From: the human T2T-CHM13v2.0 reference genome, Homo sapiens
Assembly (NCBI RefSeq): GCF_009914755.1
Contig: NC_060939.1
Reading direction: 5' to 3' (one strand)
DNA: 64,000 nucleotides
Shown: positions 31,888-50,516 of the stretch, piece by piece
How positions within the stretch are numbered: the stretch's first letter is position 1
Layout: every line of letters starts with the position of its first letter
Notes under the pieces: model-generated
The model's input: the letters and a program-made list of their open reading frames with translations, nothing else
What the model was told of the DNA's origin: nothing
The model's database searches: none
Program-made: the position numbers and the translations under genes

Positions 31888-32548
31888 AAAATTATTTTTA
31901 TGCTGACAAATACAAGTCGTACATATTTATCAGGTAGCACATGGCTAAATCAGGCTAATTCACATACTCATTACCTCACATAATTTTTTTTTGTGGTGAG
32001 AATGCAAAAGCTACTCTTGTAGCAATTATCAGGAATATAATATACAGCTATTAACAATAGTAACTCCGTTATACTATAGATCTCTTGAACTTATTCCTCC
32101 TATCTAACTGAAATTTCACATCCTTTGATCAATATCTCTTCCAAGCCCCTGCCCCTGAGCCCCTTGTCACCACCATTCTTTGTATTTCTCAGTTTGACTT
32201 TTTTGGATCCCACTATATGTGAGATCATGTGATATTTATCCTTCTGTGCCTGACTTATTTCACTTAATATGATGTCCTTCAAGTTCATCCATGTTGTTGC
32301 AAACGGCAGGATTTCCTTCTTTTTTAATGGCAGAATGGTGTCTCTGTATATCCATACACCAATTTGTATACGATGTATATATATACCACATTTTCTTTAT
32401 CCTTTCATCCATTGGTGCACACTTATGATGACTTCATATTTTGGCTATTGTGAATAGTGCCGCAATAAACTATAAAAGTGCAGACATCTCTTTGACATAC
32501 TGATTTCATTTCTTTTGAATGTATACCCAGTAGCGGGATTACTGAATT
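31888..32548 (-). mobile_element. L1MA-type 3' end with TSD GAAATGCAAG
   Basis: AGATCTCTTGAACTTATTCCTCCTATCTAACTG...GTTCATCCATGTTGTTGCAAA; flanks GAAATGCAAGTCTTTT and GAAATGCAAGCATTTT. Confidence 0.85.
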
Positions 32549-34007
32549 GAAATGCAAGCATTTTGAAACTACCAATGACATATCTCTATTTTAAAAATAA
32601 AAATATTTTGATTAAAAAGTGAGTCAAAATTAAGAACTTGATAATAGATAAGATGTAGTAGAAATGGTAGAATAAATAGAGACGATGCAAATGTTAAAAG
32701 AGTTAACAGCATCACAATGTAAAAGTATTAGTAATAAGGATCTAGGTTAAAAATCTCTGATCATACCAAGAAAAGAAGCAAGATGGAGAGAAAGGAAGCA
32801 AAATTATGATAAATTTCACCAGTTTCATAGGAAGAAGTTAACAGAAAGGTTTAATGACATTGATAAACAGATACACAGTCAAATACATTTTCGAAAATTT
32901 AAAGATGTAGTTATAGAAACAAACATAAAGAAAAAGACACCATTACAAAAGAAAAATCAAGGAAAATTAAAAAGCCAAATAAGACAAGAGAATAGAAGAA
33001 AGCACAGTTGTATCCATTAAGATAACTTTTCTTTAAAAAATAGAGTTCCTTAAAGCAAGTTAAAGTAAGATTTGAAAAACTGAAGAGAAATACCATGTTG
33101 CTGAATGGAAATATTTCACCTTGTACAAAGGAAGATTTTTTCCAAATAAAGCAACGAAAGTATTGCAATTACAGTAAAAATCCTATGGGAATTTTGGGAG
33201 ATCTCAACAATCTTAACCTAAAGTTGATCTGTAAATATAATAAGTGAGATCAGCTGAGTATATTTTCGCAAATGACAAAAATAAGTAGATAAGAATAGAT
33301 AGTCTCAAAGGCAAATCAGTTGATGAAAAACTTAAAATTTGATTTATGATTTATTTATATGTAAAAGTTAAATATATTTCAAATGTATGTGGACATTATA
33401 AGATACAAGCCCTTCATGTGACCATTGAGTAGATCATTCACAGGTGATGCTCAGTGAATGGTCAGTGGCAACACTAAACGTACAAGCATTTGGTATGCAC
33501 TCATGTTACTTCCTGGCATTCTCAAGTATAGCAGATTATATCTTCAAAGTAAATCTCAAATAATAACTACTATTTATACATGCCTAATATTTTTCTTGCA
33601 TTTATATTTAAATGCATATATATTTAAATATTTTAGTAAATCATATCATTAGTATCGATTTTTTTTCATTTTTAATGAAAATTTACTACCATTTTATGGG
33701 ACATTAATTCTCTGTAGAATGTAGTTTAAGCAATGCCATTTAAATATATTGGAAGATCTCATAAATTAACAAGAGAATGATGGGTATTACAGTGGAAAAG
33801 TGGTCAAAGAACACCAACAGGTAGTTACTGAAAAAAAATTAAATTGGTCAATAAAGATAAACATATGAAAAATATTCACCTTATTATCCAGTGAAGATAA
33901 ACATTAAATCGAAATTTTTAATTTTTTTTTTTTTTACTTATTAAATGTACAATGATTGTGTGTTACTCTCTCCACCAGCAAAGGTACATGCTTTTACATG
34001 TTAATGA

Positions 34008-34901
<894 letters not shown>

Positions 34902-35859
34902 TCCCAGCATTTCGGCATAAGAATTCTCCCTGTTTAGTTTTGTCTAATTTATAAAACAGAAGCGAATAAAAGTTTGTAAATAAATAATTAGTTAATTAAA
35001 TTATAACTTGTCCATGCACTAGAACACAATGCAGCCTTTAAAATATTACAGAAAATTATATAATTTCATTAAAAATTTCACAAATTTTATAATGAAAAAA
35101 CAGGCTTTAAAATAATATAATTTTATTTAAAAAATTAATAATGCCTTTACTTTAGGTGGTTGAATAGAATTTCTTTGTACTGTACTTATTTTTATTTTTT
35201 AAATATTATTTTTTAAAGCAATGAATAATCATTACTGAGATTCTGAAAATAATTTAGTACTATATATGAATATAAAAATATGAAAATATTTTAATATTTA
35301 ACATTTTAATTAGTTGATCTTGCAGCAACCTGGCCTAAAACAAATATGATATGTATACAAATGTTTAAAAGCCACAATATTACTTAAACTATTATATGTA
35401 ATAGTGAAAAACTGGAAACAACGCAAATTTTCAACATCATCAGTTTGGTTAAATAAATAATGGTGCTATCATGCTATAATATATTAGGCAGTTGTTAAAA
35501 GATGTTGTCAAATAATTTTAACATCATTGGGGAAATATGATACAATGCTAAGAGATAAAAGTTGGCAACAACATTGGTATAATATTCTGTAAGTGTATAT
35601 TCTACATATAATGTACAGAAATGCATTGAAAAATTTTGAAAGAAAATGCAGTAAAATTTAGTAGTGATTATACCTAGGTGATTTTAAATTTTCTTCACTA
35701 TACCTCCCTGAGTTTTCCCAAACTTTAAAACAATAAGAATTGAAAGAAATAGAGTTGGAAAAGTGAAAAGTTGGTTATGAAGACTGTGCAACAACATGAA
35801 GATCATGCATGATGAATGAGAAAGTCGAAGACAGAATTAGAGAGGTACCCTCAATATAT

Positions 35860-36515
35860 AGATGGAAAATTTGTGTTCCCCCAAAATTCATATGTTGAAG
35901 TTCTCATGTCCAGTGTGCTTGTGGAGACGGGGGCCTTTGGAAGTAATTAAGGTTAAGTGAGATCATTCTGGTGGAAACTTCATCAAATAGAGTGAGTGTC
36001 CTTATTGGACAAGACACCAGATAACTTGCTCTTCCTCCCTTTCTGTGTGGATGCACTGAGGAAAGGCCAGGTGAGGACACATCAAGAAGGTGGTGGCCAG
36101 GCAGGGTGGCTCACACCTGTAATCCCAGCACTTTGGGATGCTGAGGTGGGTGGATCACAAGGTCAGGAGATCGAGACCATCCTGGCTAACATGGTGAAAT
36201 CCCATCTCTACTAAAAATACAAAAAGTTAGCCAGGCATGGTGGCACATGCCTGTAGTCCCAGCTACTTGGGAGGCTGAGGCAGGAGAATCACTTCAACCC
36301 AGGAGGCGGAGGTTGCAGTGAGCAGAGATCACACCACTGCACTCCAGCCTGGGCAACAGACTCCATCTCAAAAAAAGAAAAAAAAAAAAAAAGAAGGTGG
36401 CCATTTGCAAACCAGGAAAATAACCCTCAACAGGAACTCAATTGGTTGGAACCTTGATGTTAAGCTTTCTGGGCTCCAGAACTGGGAGAAAATAAATTTC
36501 TGCTGTTTATAGGTG
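35860..36515 (+). mobile_element. MLT1A/B-type MaLR LTR split by Alu
   Basis: TGTGTTCCCCCAAAATTCATATGTTGAAG...CCAGAACTGGGAGAAAATAAATTTCTGCTG. Confidence 0.75.
36095..36392 (+). mobile_element. Alu SINE (AluSc/Y-like), TSD AAGAAGGTGG
   Basis: GGTCAGGAGATCGAGACCATCCTGGCTAAC; AAGAAGGTGG on both flanks. Confidence 0.93.
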
Positions 36516-36899
36516 ATAGATGGCAGGCCATGAGAACAAGTCCTAATGCTTCTGGTGGAGCACATGCCCAAGGTGGGCCACCCATGTGTGGCTTCCCTAC
36601 ATCTGGGGTATTGGTGCCTGATTTTAAAAGGAGGTCGTTGGCCCTTCAGAGGAGATTAGCAAGGTCTGTGAAGACTCTTTCAGAAACAATATGTGGGCTG
36701 GTGTGGTGGAGATGGAATTGTGTCTCCAAGTAATTATACTCAACACATTTGGCATTCTCTTTCACCACTAAGATTCCCTTAGAAATTCTTTTTAAATTTT
36801 AAAGTAACAGATAGGCATTTTAGTGATTATATATCAGACTTCAGCTTTGTTTATCTTCCTCCATTCTAAGTTAAGGAAAGAACAGAGGGTTTCATTTTC

Positions 36900-37500
36900 C
36901 ATTTTTGTAATAAAGTGGGGCAGGAAAAGAGCTAAGAGCATCACCTGTAATCTTATTACCTGGCCCAACACGCAAGCCAGTGTAGATTCAGAAGCTCCCG
37001 GGAGCGAGTGCGAGGGCGTGTCAGGGAGGAAAGGCGGCAGATGTTGGCACTTGTGAGAGTGGATTGCTTACCAGCCTATCATGGTATCCACATTAATGTG
37101 TCCTTCCCAAAAATCTCACAGCTTGTTCATTAAGTGGATAAAATTTCAATAACAATATAATCTGTACTTTTGCAAATTAGCCATTAACCACCTACTTTCT
37201 CACCAATTACTCAATATTTTTTATCTTCCTCTAAATGTTACTGACCTAAAAAAAAATTCTGATGAAAGGCTGTGGAAATTGTAAACCCCGAAGCAAGTAT
37301 TAAATTGGTCCATGCTGTGTCCTGTGCTGACAAATTGTTATACTGTAGAGCCTGACGACCCATGAGCGTCTCACTTAGAGGCATGGATGTAGCAGCAGTG
37401 TTATAAGACACTGGAGCAGCAGTGTCTACACTTGAGTTAATTCCTTTAAAACAACAACCAACCTGCCCAGCTTCCCCAAAGCCCCCCAAACCTATTAAAT
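36900..37500. promoter_or_regulatory. Candidate non-coding regulatory element
   Basis: Unique sequence with a small CpG cluster (36997-37020), CAGATG E-box, ACATTAATGT palindrome, TAAGTG and TGCAAATTAG. Confidence 0.35.
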
Positions 37501-38159
37501 AGAAATATCTTTCCTTCTGTACTCCAGAGCTGATGTGAGGGTGACTGCATCTCCTGGGGAGTCGTGTTACAGAAATCTCTTCCTTATAACCAGCTTCTTC
37601 TGCATTCAGGTTTCTCTTTATGTTGTGAAGATCCATGCATTTGCATGGAATCTTCTTCTTCATCTGCCTCACCCCTTCTTCCTCAGCCCATAACAGGCCC
37701 TGGTGCACTGGACCTTATTGGTTGCGTTAAGGAGGGCTTACAGTGAAGAACATGATACTGTATGTCAAACTCTGCCAAAGGAGAGGAAACTGAACCCCCT
37801 GACATCTTCTAAGCCATGGAATTGACTACGCTAAGGAACAATGGAAATGGAATGTTATGGCAAAAGTAATTTGGCACTTGGGAAAGGTTACCATTGTTTT
37901 GAGAAGTGATCTGTTTGATGTGACTAAATGTTAGCTTTCACAAAGGATTAAAGACTATTTTATGCATTCCTGCTGTATGTACTATCGCACCAGACGCTGT
38001 GTGAGACACAACATAAATGACATGTTACTTGTTAGGTTGAAAAGAACTACTTTCTGTCTGGTTCAGCAGAATACATTATATTACTATTTTTGTTCAGTGA
38101 ATTCAATGAACACACAGAGGGAACTGGTGGTTTTGGTACAATGCAGACTCTTTTATTTT

Positions 38160-38325
38160 TTCTCTTCTTTCTTTTCTTTTTTGAGCCTCTGTTGCTCAGG
38201 CTGGAGTGCATGCTCATAGCTCACTGGGGGTTCGACCTCCTGGGTTCAAATGATCCTTCTGCATCAGCCTCCAGAGTAGCTGGGACTACAGGTACACACT
38301 ACCATACCTGGCTTAATTTTTTTCT
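38160..38325 (-). mobile_element. Alu right-arm fragment
   Basis: CTCTGTTGCTCAGGCTGGAGTGCA...AGTAGCTGGGACTACAGG. Confidence 0.8.
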
Positions 38326-38377
38326 TGTTTGCCTACTGTATGCTTCTTAGAACTGTGTGTATCTGTGTGCAGGACTG

Positions 38378-38401
38378 CACACACACACACACACACACAC
38401 A
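38378..38401 (+). repeat. (CA)n microsatellite
   Basis: Directly visible in the sequence. Confidence 0.95.
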
Positions 38402-39142
38402 ACGTAAACTTTCTGAGAATCTAAATGACAACAGAACTTTTCTGACATCTAGTTTCTCTGACAGCCAATAACTGAAACAGTCAGCTGCAATTTACCTGTA
38501 CAACAGAGTTCTGACTGTTCATTGCTTTAATAGCCATTAGGACAGGCTGTTTTGCTTGAAAAAAATTAAATCTTTTGTTTAATATCTATGGAGTTTCTGC
38601 CTGGTGCATAGGGAGACCTAGTTTCCTGTGCCTGCAACAGTGCTGTTAACAGCTTCCACCCCACCCAATGGGCTCTGTAAAACACCTCATTCAACCTCTT
38701 CATTCTGACTCCATGGTGAATCTCTCCAGAGGGAATCTGAGCCACTCATATTTCTCTGTGCTGGTTCTAATTCCCTTTTGTTGCTGCCTTTCTATCACTC
38801 TGTTTGCATTGTCTTTTCGGTACATGACCGACACTTATTTTGGGATGTGGTTTCTCAGAAGCTCACTCCTTGCCCTACCAGATCAGGGTCTCAGAGCCAA
38901 ATCAGAGACCCGAGCTTCTGACTACCTCAGAGAGGAAGATCAGACATCGACATGCATTTTAGTCCTCACTATGTCACACAGCCTACAAATGCGAAAATGG
39001 GTTTCCTACCATCTTCACATTTGCGTGAGACTTAATCATGCAAATGAAAGATCTGTTACATCCTAAAAGGACAACCTTTTAATTCTTTGAGGTTTGTGGA
39101 AGAATTATGAAAAACACAGTGCCCGTGATACCAAATGAAGAG

Positions 39143-39450
39143 GCTGGTGGGGAGCGGTGGCTCAAGCCTGCAATCCCAGCACTTTGGGAAGCTAAGGCGG
39201 GTGAATCACCTGAGGTCAGGCGTTCGAGACCAGTCTAGCCAACATGGTGAAAACTGTCTCTACTAAAAATGCAAAAATTAGCCAGGCATGGTGGTGTGCA
39301 CCATAATCCCAGCTACTTGGGGGGCTGAGGCAGGAGAATCGCTTGAACCCAGAGGCGGAGGTTGCAGTGAGCTGAGATCATGCCACTGTACTCCAGACTG
39401 GGTGACAGAGTGAGACTTTGTCTCAAAACAGAAACAAAAACAAAAACAAA
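39143..39450 (+). mobile_element. Alu SINE (AluSx-like)
   Basis: Dimeric Alu; degenerate TSD CAAATGAAxAGGxTGG. Confidence 0.92.
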
Positions 39451-40950
39451 TGAACAGGATGGAATCTCATTGTAGACACATGCTGAAATACAAGGACCTG
39501 GGGTTCAAGCGGAAAGGGAAGTGAAAGTTTTTCTCCCTATTTGCCCCGTTTGGCCAGTTATCCTTTTAGTGATATTTTCCATTTAAAGTATATACAGGAA
39601 AAGCCACCAGGAAGAAAATAGAAGCAGGGCCATTTTCTTTAGCAATTTTAGCAATCAGGAAAATCAAGCCTTAACTCTCAAGTACACACCTCCTCTGCCT
39701 TGTTTAGAGGTTCTCCTAGCGGCTGTGTCATTCCCTCTCACCTTGCTGGTTTCCTTGGTATTGCTTGCTGCAGAGGCATGAAAAGTAGAAGGCCCACATG
39801 GCCCTATCTCTTCCAGTAAATATCTGACAAATCACTGGGGTTAGGATGTATGACCAACAGTTTGTTGTGAGGATTAAAGGAAACAGTTATGTGAAAAACA
39901 CCCAGCACATTAACTGCCAAATAGTGAGACTCAATACATTCTACCTGTTTGTTTATGTATGGATTTGTTTATTTGCTTGTACATGTATATGCCTACCATG
40001 ATTCCAGAGAGGATTTAAGGCAGCTTACCAAAATAATCACAGAGTCTAATGTGATATAAGATTCTGAGCGCTAGAGTTAAAATACAGAGAAGATTCTCTC
40101 TATATTTTTCCCACATCTTACCATTCAGCACCACCAATTTCTGCTCATAAATGCGTCTTGCAAGGCATTTTCTATTTAAGTTAATATGTCTGTGTTTACA
40201 AGAACGGCCCTGAGAGAAGCCATCTGCACATTGCATAAAAGTTCCAAACAGAACCCCATTGACTCTGTCACTATTCCTGGGATTTAGGTCCTCAGAGACA
40301 ATTAACACCACCATGGAGAAGGCAGACTCCATAAATATTAAGAGATCACCAAAGTATACCTGTGTCCAACCAGACAGTATATGCCAAATAGAATATAAGT
40401 ATTGAGATAATCCAAGCCATGTGTCTGAGAACGAAATCAGGTGTAGGAAGCAGTACTTCCAGACATATGAGCTGGGGAACTTCGTAGTGGTCCCCTGAGA
40501 TGGAAGGAGATGATGAGACATTCAGCTTCCTCTTCACATGGCCAGTCTATTCTGCAATGCAGCCATAGACAAGTAGGCCCAAATCATGAATATGGGGGTG
40601 CCTTTAGCTCCCACTAAACATATTCATTCCAGGAAAGGAATCTTAGACATAGAGCAGTAGGCCAGGCTCTTTGCTAATTCTGCACTGAGCAATTAAGACC
40701 AGGTACCAAATTTTTAATGAGACTTTATTTGAAGGTTCAGTGATGATAGAAGAAGCATTTAACACAGAAAATCACTTACACTACTACATAGGCTCAAACC
40801 TGCCTTAGATGACTAGGTGGGGCTCACTTCCAACCTCATTCCCAGCCTGCCATGTGGCTATGGAAGCTGATCCTCTAATGGGGCTTCTTTCAGCTTTTGG
40901 AACCCTTGGAGATTCAGCCATACTACCTCCCCGCCCTAGAAAGAGGTGAA

Positions 40951-41247
<297 letters not shown>

Positions 41248-41519
41248 AAGAGGAGAACTTTTCTTTAGTGCTCATTCCCTGCTTCAGGTTTAAACTCTTT
41301 CCAGGATTATTTTTCCCAGGATAACTTAGAGCACCCATCCCTTTCAGGGTAGACTCCATGCCCAACCACGTGGCCTTGATTTCTTTAATTAGATTCTAAA
41401 ACGATCACAACTAGGCTGATCATTTCCCAAAGGGAATTTAGTGGTGTCTGTGGTTTTATTATACCAACTCTTTATTCTTCACCTTGGAATAATTCTTGTT
41501 TAACATTTTATAATCACTT

Positions 41520-41650
41520 GTGTTTAACAGTAAACAGGGCTTTTACAAGCATTCTCTCATGTGATCCTTTCCAACAACACTGTGAGCCATACGTTGTCCT
41601 CATTTTACAGATGGGCAAACTGAAGCTTAGAGAACTTAAGTGGCCTGTCT
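41520..41650 (-). mobile_element. MIR SINE
   Basis: CTCATTTTACAGATGGGCAAACTGAAGCTTAGAGA, the MIR core. Confidence 0.7.
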
Positions 41651-41729
41651 CACTGCTCTTGGACGGATGTAGTGAAATTTCTGTTTCATCACAGTTGAAT
41701 ACTGCCTTGTGAGAAAATGCCAGTGATAT

Positions 41730-42700
41730 ACTATTTTATTTTTTTAATAAGAAAATCATGTACTTATTAGAATAAATTACTGAAGTACACTTAGTAGAAA
41801 ATGAAACACCTTCATCTCCCAGCTCATTTCTCTTCTCCAGAGGTAAGTCCTGTTAACAACTGGGGATTTGTCCAATCTAATATTTTTCTATTCACTTAAA
41901 AACATAGAATATATACATATATAATTTTTAAAAATATGTAAATAGGGATATTATATAAATATTTCTACCACTTGCTTTTTTCACTTAAAAATGTATCATA
42001 AAAATCATTCTTTGACATTGTGGTTGGACCTACATTTTGTAAAAGAGATCTATATGTATTCCATAGTGTAACTGTACCGTGATTTACATGACCACTTTCC
42101 TACTGATGAACTATTAGGTTGTTACTAATAGTTTGGGCTATAAATACAAAATACAAAAATTGCTCCAATAAACAACTTTGAATCTAAATAATTGTGCCTA
42201 GGTATACATGGAATGTCTTGGTCAAAAGACAAGCAAAATTTTTTTTTTCTTTTTGAGACAGGATCTTGCTCTCTTGCTCAGGCTGGAGTGCAGTGGAGTG
42301 ATCACGGCTCACTGCAGCCTTGACCTCCTTGGGCTCAAGGAATCCTCTCACCTCAGCCCCCCAAGTAGCTGGTACTATAGGCACGTACCACTGCCTGGCT
42401 AATTTTTGTATTTTTTGTAGAGATGGGAGGGGTCTCACTATGTTGCCCAGGCTGGTCTCAAACTCCTGAGCTCAAGTGATCCTCTTGTCTCAGCCTCCCA
42501 AAGTGCTGGAATTACAGGAGGGAGCCATGGTGCCTGGCCTGGGCTTGCATATTTTATAGTACTCAGTAGATACTACCAAACTGCCTTTTCACTTAAAGGG
42601 TAACAAGCTGCGTATGAGATTACTTGTTCTCGAAACCCTTGTCAAGCTGAAATATTATCAATCTTTATTGTCATTTTTACAGGCAAAGAAAGCCAATGCA
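41730..42700 (-). mobile_element. Ancient L1ME-like remnant (split by Alu)
   Basis: CTCCAGAGGTAAGTCCTGTTAACA...CACTTGCTTTTTTCACTTAA...ATTCCATAGTG. Confidence 0.55.
42238..42539 (-). mobile_element. Alu SINE (AluJ-like)
   Basis: GATCACGGCTCACTGCAGCCTTGACCTCC. Confidence 0.9.
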
Positions 42701-45700
42701 TTGTTGCAGCACCATCTTTCAGTAACAGTTCTTAGTCATTTGCTTGATCAGAGCATATTTTTATAAGTAATAACATGGTAAGAACAGGGATTGCTGCGGT
42801 GGCCTAGGGTTTCCTATATAGGAAACTCTTAGAAGTGTCAAGCTAGCTGGGATGGGTTTGTGGCAAGGAGGCGGCACTAGAGCTGTGCTTGCTAGGAGGC
42901 AAGTTTGTTCTTTATATTGTATGTTTTGTGAGTTGGCTTTGGGTACATTGATGAAGATTCTGGAATGGTTCAAGCCTCCCCCACTTTCCATTCTCCTTCC
43001 ACTTAGGCAGACATGGTAGTTTTAGGAGGGAGCCTGCCACCATGTCCATCAGTCCTCTAAAATAGAAAGTCTTGGTGATGAAAAGAATAACCTAGATCTG
43101 CCTCTATTCATACCATAGTAGCTCCCATTTCTGGACAAAAAGATTTAAGATGGAGCGTCAAAAACACCCAAGCATTCTATTTTTCATTTTAGTTCCAGGC
43201 CTGGCTACCTGGAGGTGGCTGATGCTGGAGTAGTTTCATATCAATTAACTTAGTTCCTATTGGGGATACAATTTTGCACCAATAGAGAAAACTGTGGACT
43301 ATGTTATCCCTACACAGCCTGGTGAACATTACAGTTCCGAAAGGTGCTTTGAGGTTTGATGTGGCACTAACTATATCTAGGTCTGAGCAGGGATAGCCAC
43401 CAGAGTGGCCTACTTCACTATTAGTTTGAGAAATTTACCACCCAGCTTGAACCAAATGATTTGGGGAGAATCAGAAAGACGACATCTGGGATTTCCCTTG
43501 CTGTGAAATCAAAACAACTTCCAAGTACTTCTTTTAATCCTGAACACAAACTTCATCCTAATTACCCTACTAGTGATAACTGAACAGTGTGAGATCCACT
43601 GTGAAATGAATATTACTGATGTAAAAAAAAACCCCAGCATATCCATCATTTTCAAATTTAGTATCTTAATATGATCCATGACTTAGTCACCTTTTGTACT
43701 GCTTTCTGTTTGATTATAATTTTACCTATTAATCATGTTAATCCAATAGAATCTGCCTTAATCAAATGTGAGTCAATTACCCAGTTCTTCAAATTATATT
43801 TTTTAATGAAAGACATTTTTTAAAATTGAATGCCAATTAGAGCCAAGCCAAACTTCTCAGGAAAGTTTGGTTTATGACAGAACAGTATGAGCCCTTGCCC
43901 ATACCTGAATTTCCAGCTCCTTCTGATGAGGGCGTGCTGTGTGCTTTTAGACACAGCCATTAACCTCTCTGTAATTCTCGGTTTTCCACCTGTGAAATGA
44001 GGATAATGATATTTCTGGCTTGGGAAATGATTTTATGACTCTTAGTTGAAAAATGCAGCCAGAATACCAATTTAAAAAAAAAAAACTCTTATGTAATTTT
44101 GCTCTTAATTTCTCACCATAGGTGGTTTTGTTTTTCCTTAGAACCAAACTGCTTTTCCACATCATTAGAGAACCATACATAAATCCAGCCAGGAGGAAGT
44201 CAGACTAAGAAGGGTTTATCTGAAACAGATTTTTTTTTGTACCACTGATGTTTATGGACAGAGTGACAAATATGTTTTATCCACAGGCTTGCTGAAATTA
44301 ATTCTGAGAGGCTTCTAGGAGCCCTGTGCCAGCAAAGGTTGTAACATTGCTTCCTAGTTCAACAGAATAGAGCTCCATGCACCATTAATGAGACCTGTTA
44401 CAGACACAAGATGGGGAGTGATGGCACGAGTGGAGAGAGAACTGGCTGATAGCTAAAGGGGCTCCATGGAGGGGCCTCTGTAAGTCTGTGTGGTTCACTG
44501 ATATGGTTCACTGGTATGTGGCAGAAGCCTGTGCATATGCACATTTCTCTAGAATAAAAGTCTATAGTTACTGATTGTCAGTGAGATTCTAAATGGAGTC
44601 TACAAACCACTGCTTTATTATCAAATCGATTATGAGGTCAGGGGCCCAAACCTTGGACTGGGACTGATGCCGGAAGATCATCTCCACCTGTTCTGGGGGA
44701 GAAGAAAGACATCTCATCAGCAGATAAGTGTCTGTACTTCTGCCCTGCAAAGCCAGCTGCCATTACACTGTCTGAAATTGGGGATGTGGACTTCTTGGGA
44801 AGAGGACACTTTCATGCTTGTTGAAATTTAGGGAGTTAATGATAGTTATTTCATTCTCTTTCTTCTCTGCTCCAAGTGCCCTACTCCTCTGGTATTTAGC
44901 CCTTGTAGTTTAGCTGAAATCATGTCAGTGTATTACAGGCTGATCCAGTCAAGTGCATTCTGCAGAGAAATGACAAGTGGCCTGGTGGTGGTAAAAGCTA
45001 TCCTAATGGCAGGTGGCGGCATGGTGCATTAGTGCTTCTTGATGGACAGCTAGGGATTCAATGTCAGTTTCCAGGTTCTGTGTCACCATGGTTCTAGAAA
45101 ATAATTTGTATTAACTATCACCAAGGAGAAGCTACCCTGGCAGAGAGCTGCTGTTTTGTAAGGTGGCCTGGACACCTGCATAGGTAAACTGAGGTATTTT
45201 GACCCTTCTGTTAATAACCCCTACTGGCCATTTGGCTTGAATTGAAGCCCCACATTTGGCTTGAATTGAAGCCTCACATTTCCAAGTGGCTCAAGGCCAC
45301 TTGGAACCAAGACTGTACAGGAGTAACTATTTCTGAGTTAAAATGGTACCATTAAGTGTTCCTGCAACGTTACTATTAAATGTTCATGGGCAGAGCTCTC
45401 AATTTGTGTAGGATTAGAATAAAGATGTTTTGCATTCCAATCTGTGGATCATCTGAGATTTTCTTTCTGTGTTCTGATCAGGCCCAGATATGGACTACTG
45501 CTGCAGGGCTGCAGGCTCCCTCACAATCACTGGGAATCATGAAACAAAACAGCAGGCAAACATCTTGTGTTCTGTAATTCTCTAGTACTCTTCTTGTTAA
45601 CTCTGAATGCTTGAATTGTGGGTTCTGTCTCTCTGCCCAGTTTCTCTCACTTTAGTTAGTTCCCAGCAAGGATACCAAGAACATCTTGAGTTAGAAAAAG

Positions 45701-45999
45701 AAAGGCCTTCCTATTCTTGAGTTAGATAATAAAAATTTCTCCTCCAAAATTTATGATTCTTTTAGATAGATTTTTAGCAGCAAAATTATTACGTGAAATA
45801 AAATGACTCTTTTGACTATCAAAAATTGGTTCCAAAGTATTGTATCAGTATTAGAGTTTATTTCTAGTTGGATTTCCTCCTTTGAAAATTGTCTTTTGGG
45901 AACTTTGTCAGTTTAACCTACATGAGTTTTAGCTTTTTTCTCTCCTATTTGTGCGAAATCCTTAAAGCCTAAAGATGATGGCCCTCTGCAATATTAAAA

Positions 46000-50516
<4,517 letters not shown>

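Noticed and set aside
44491-44518. 13-bp tandem repeat GGTTCACTGxTAT (also an 11-bp repeat at 9278-9300)
   Set aside because: Ordinary slippage duplications within old repeats.
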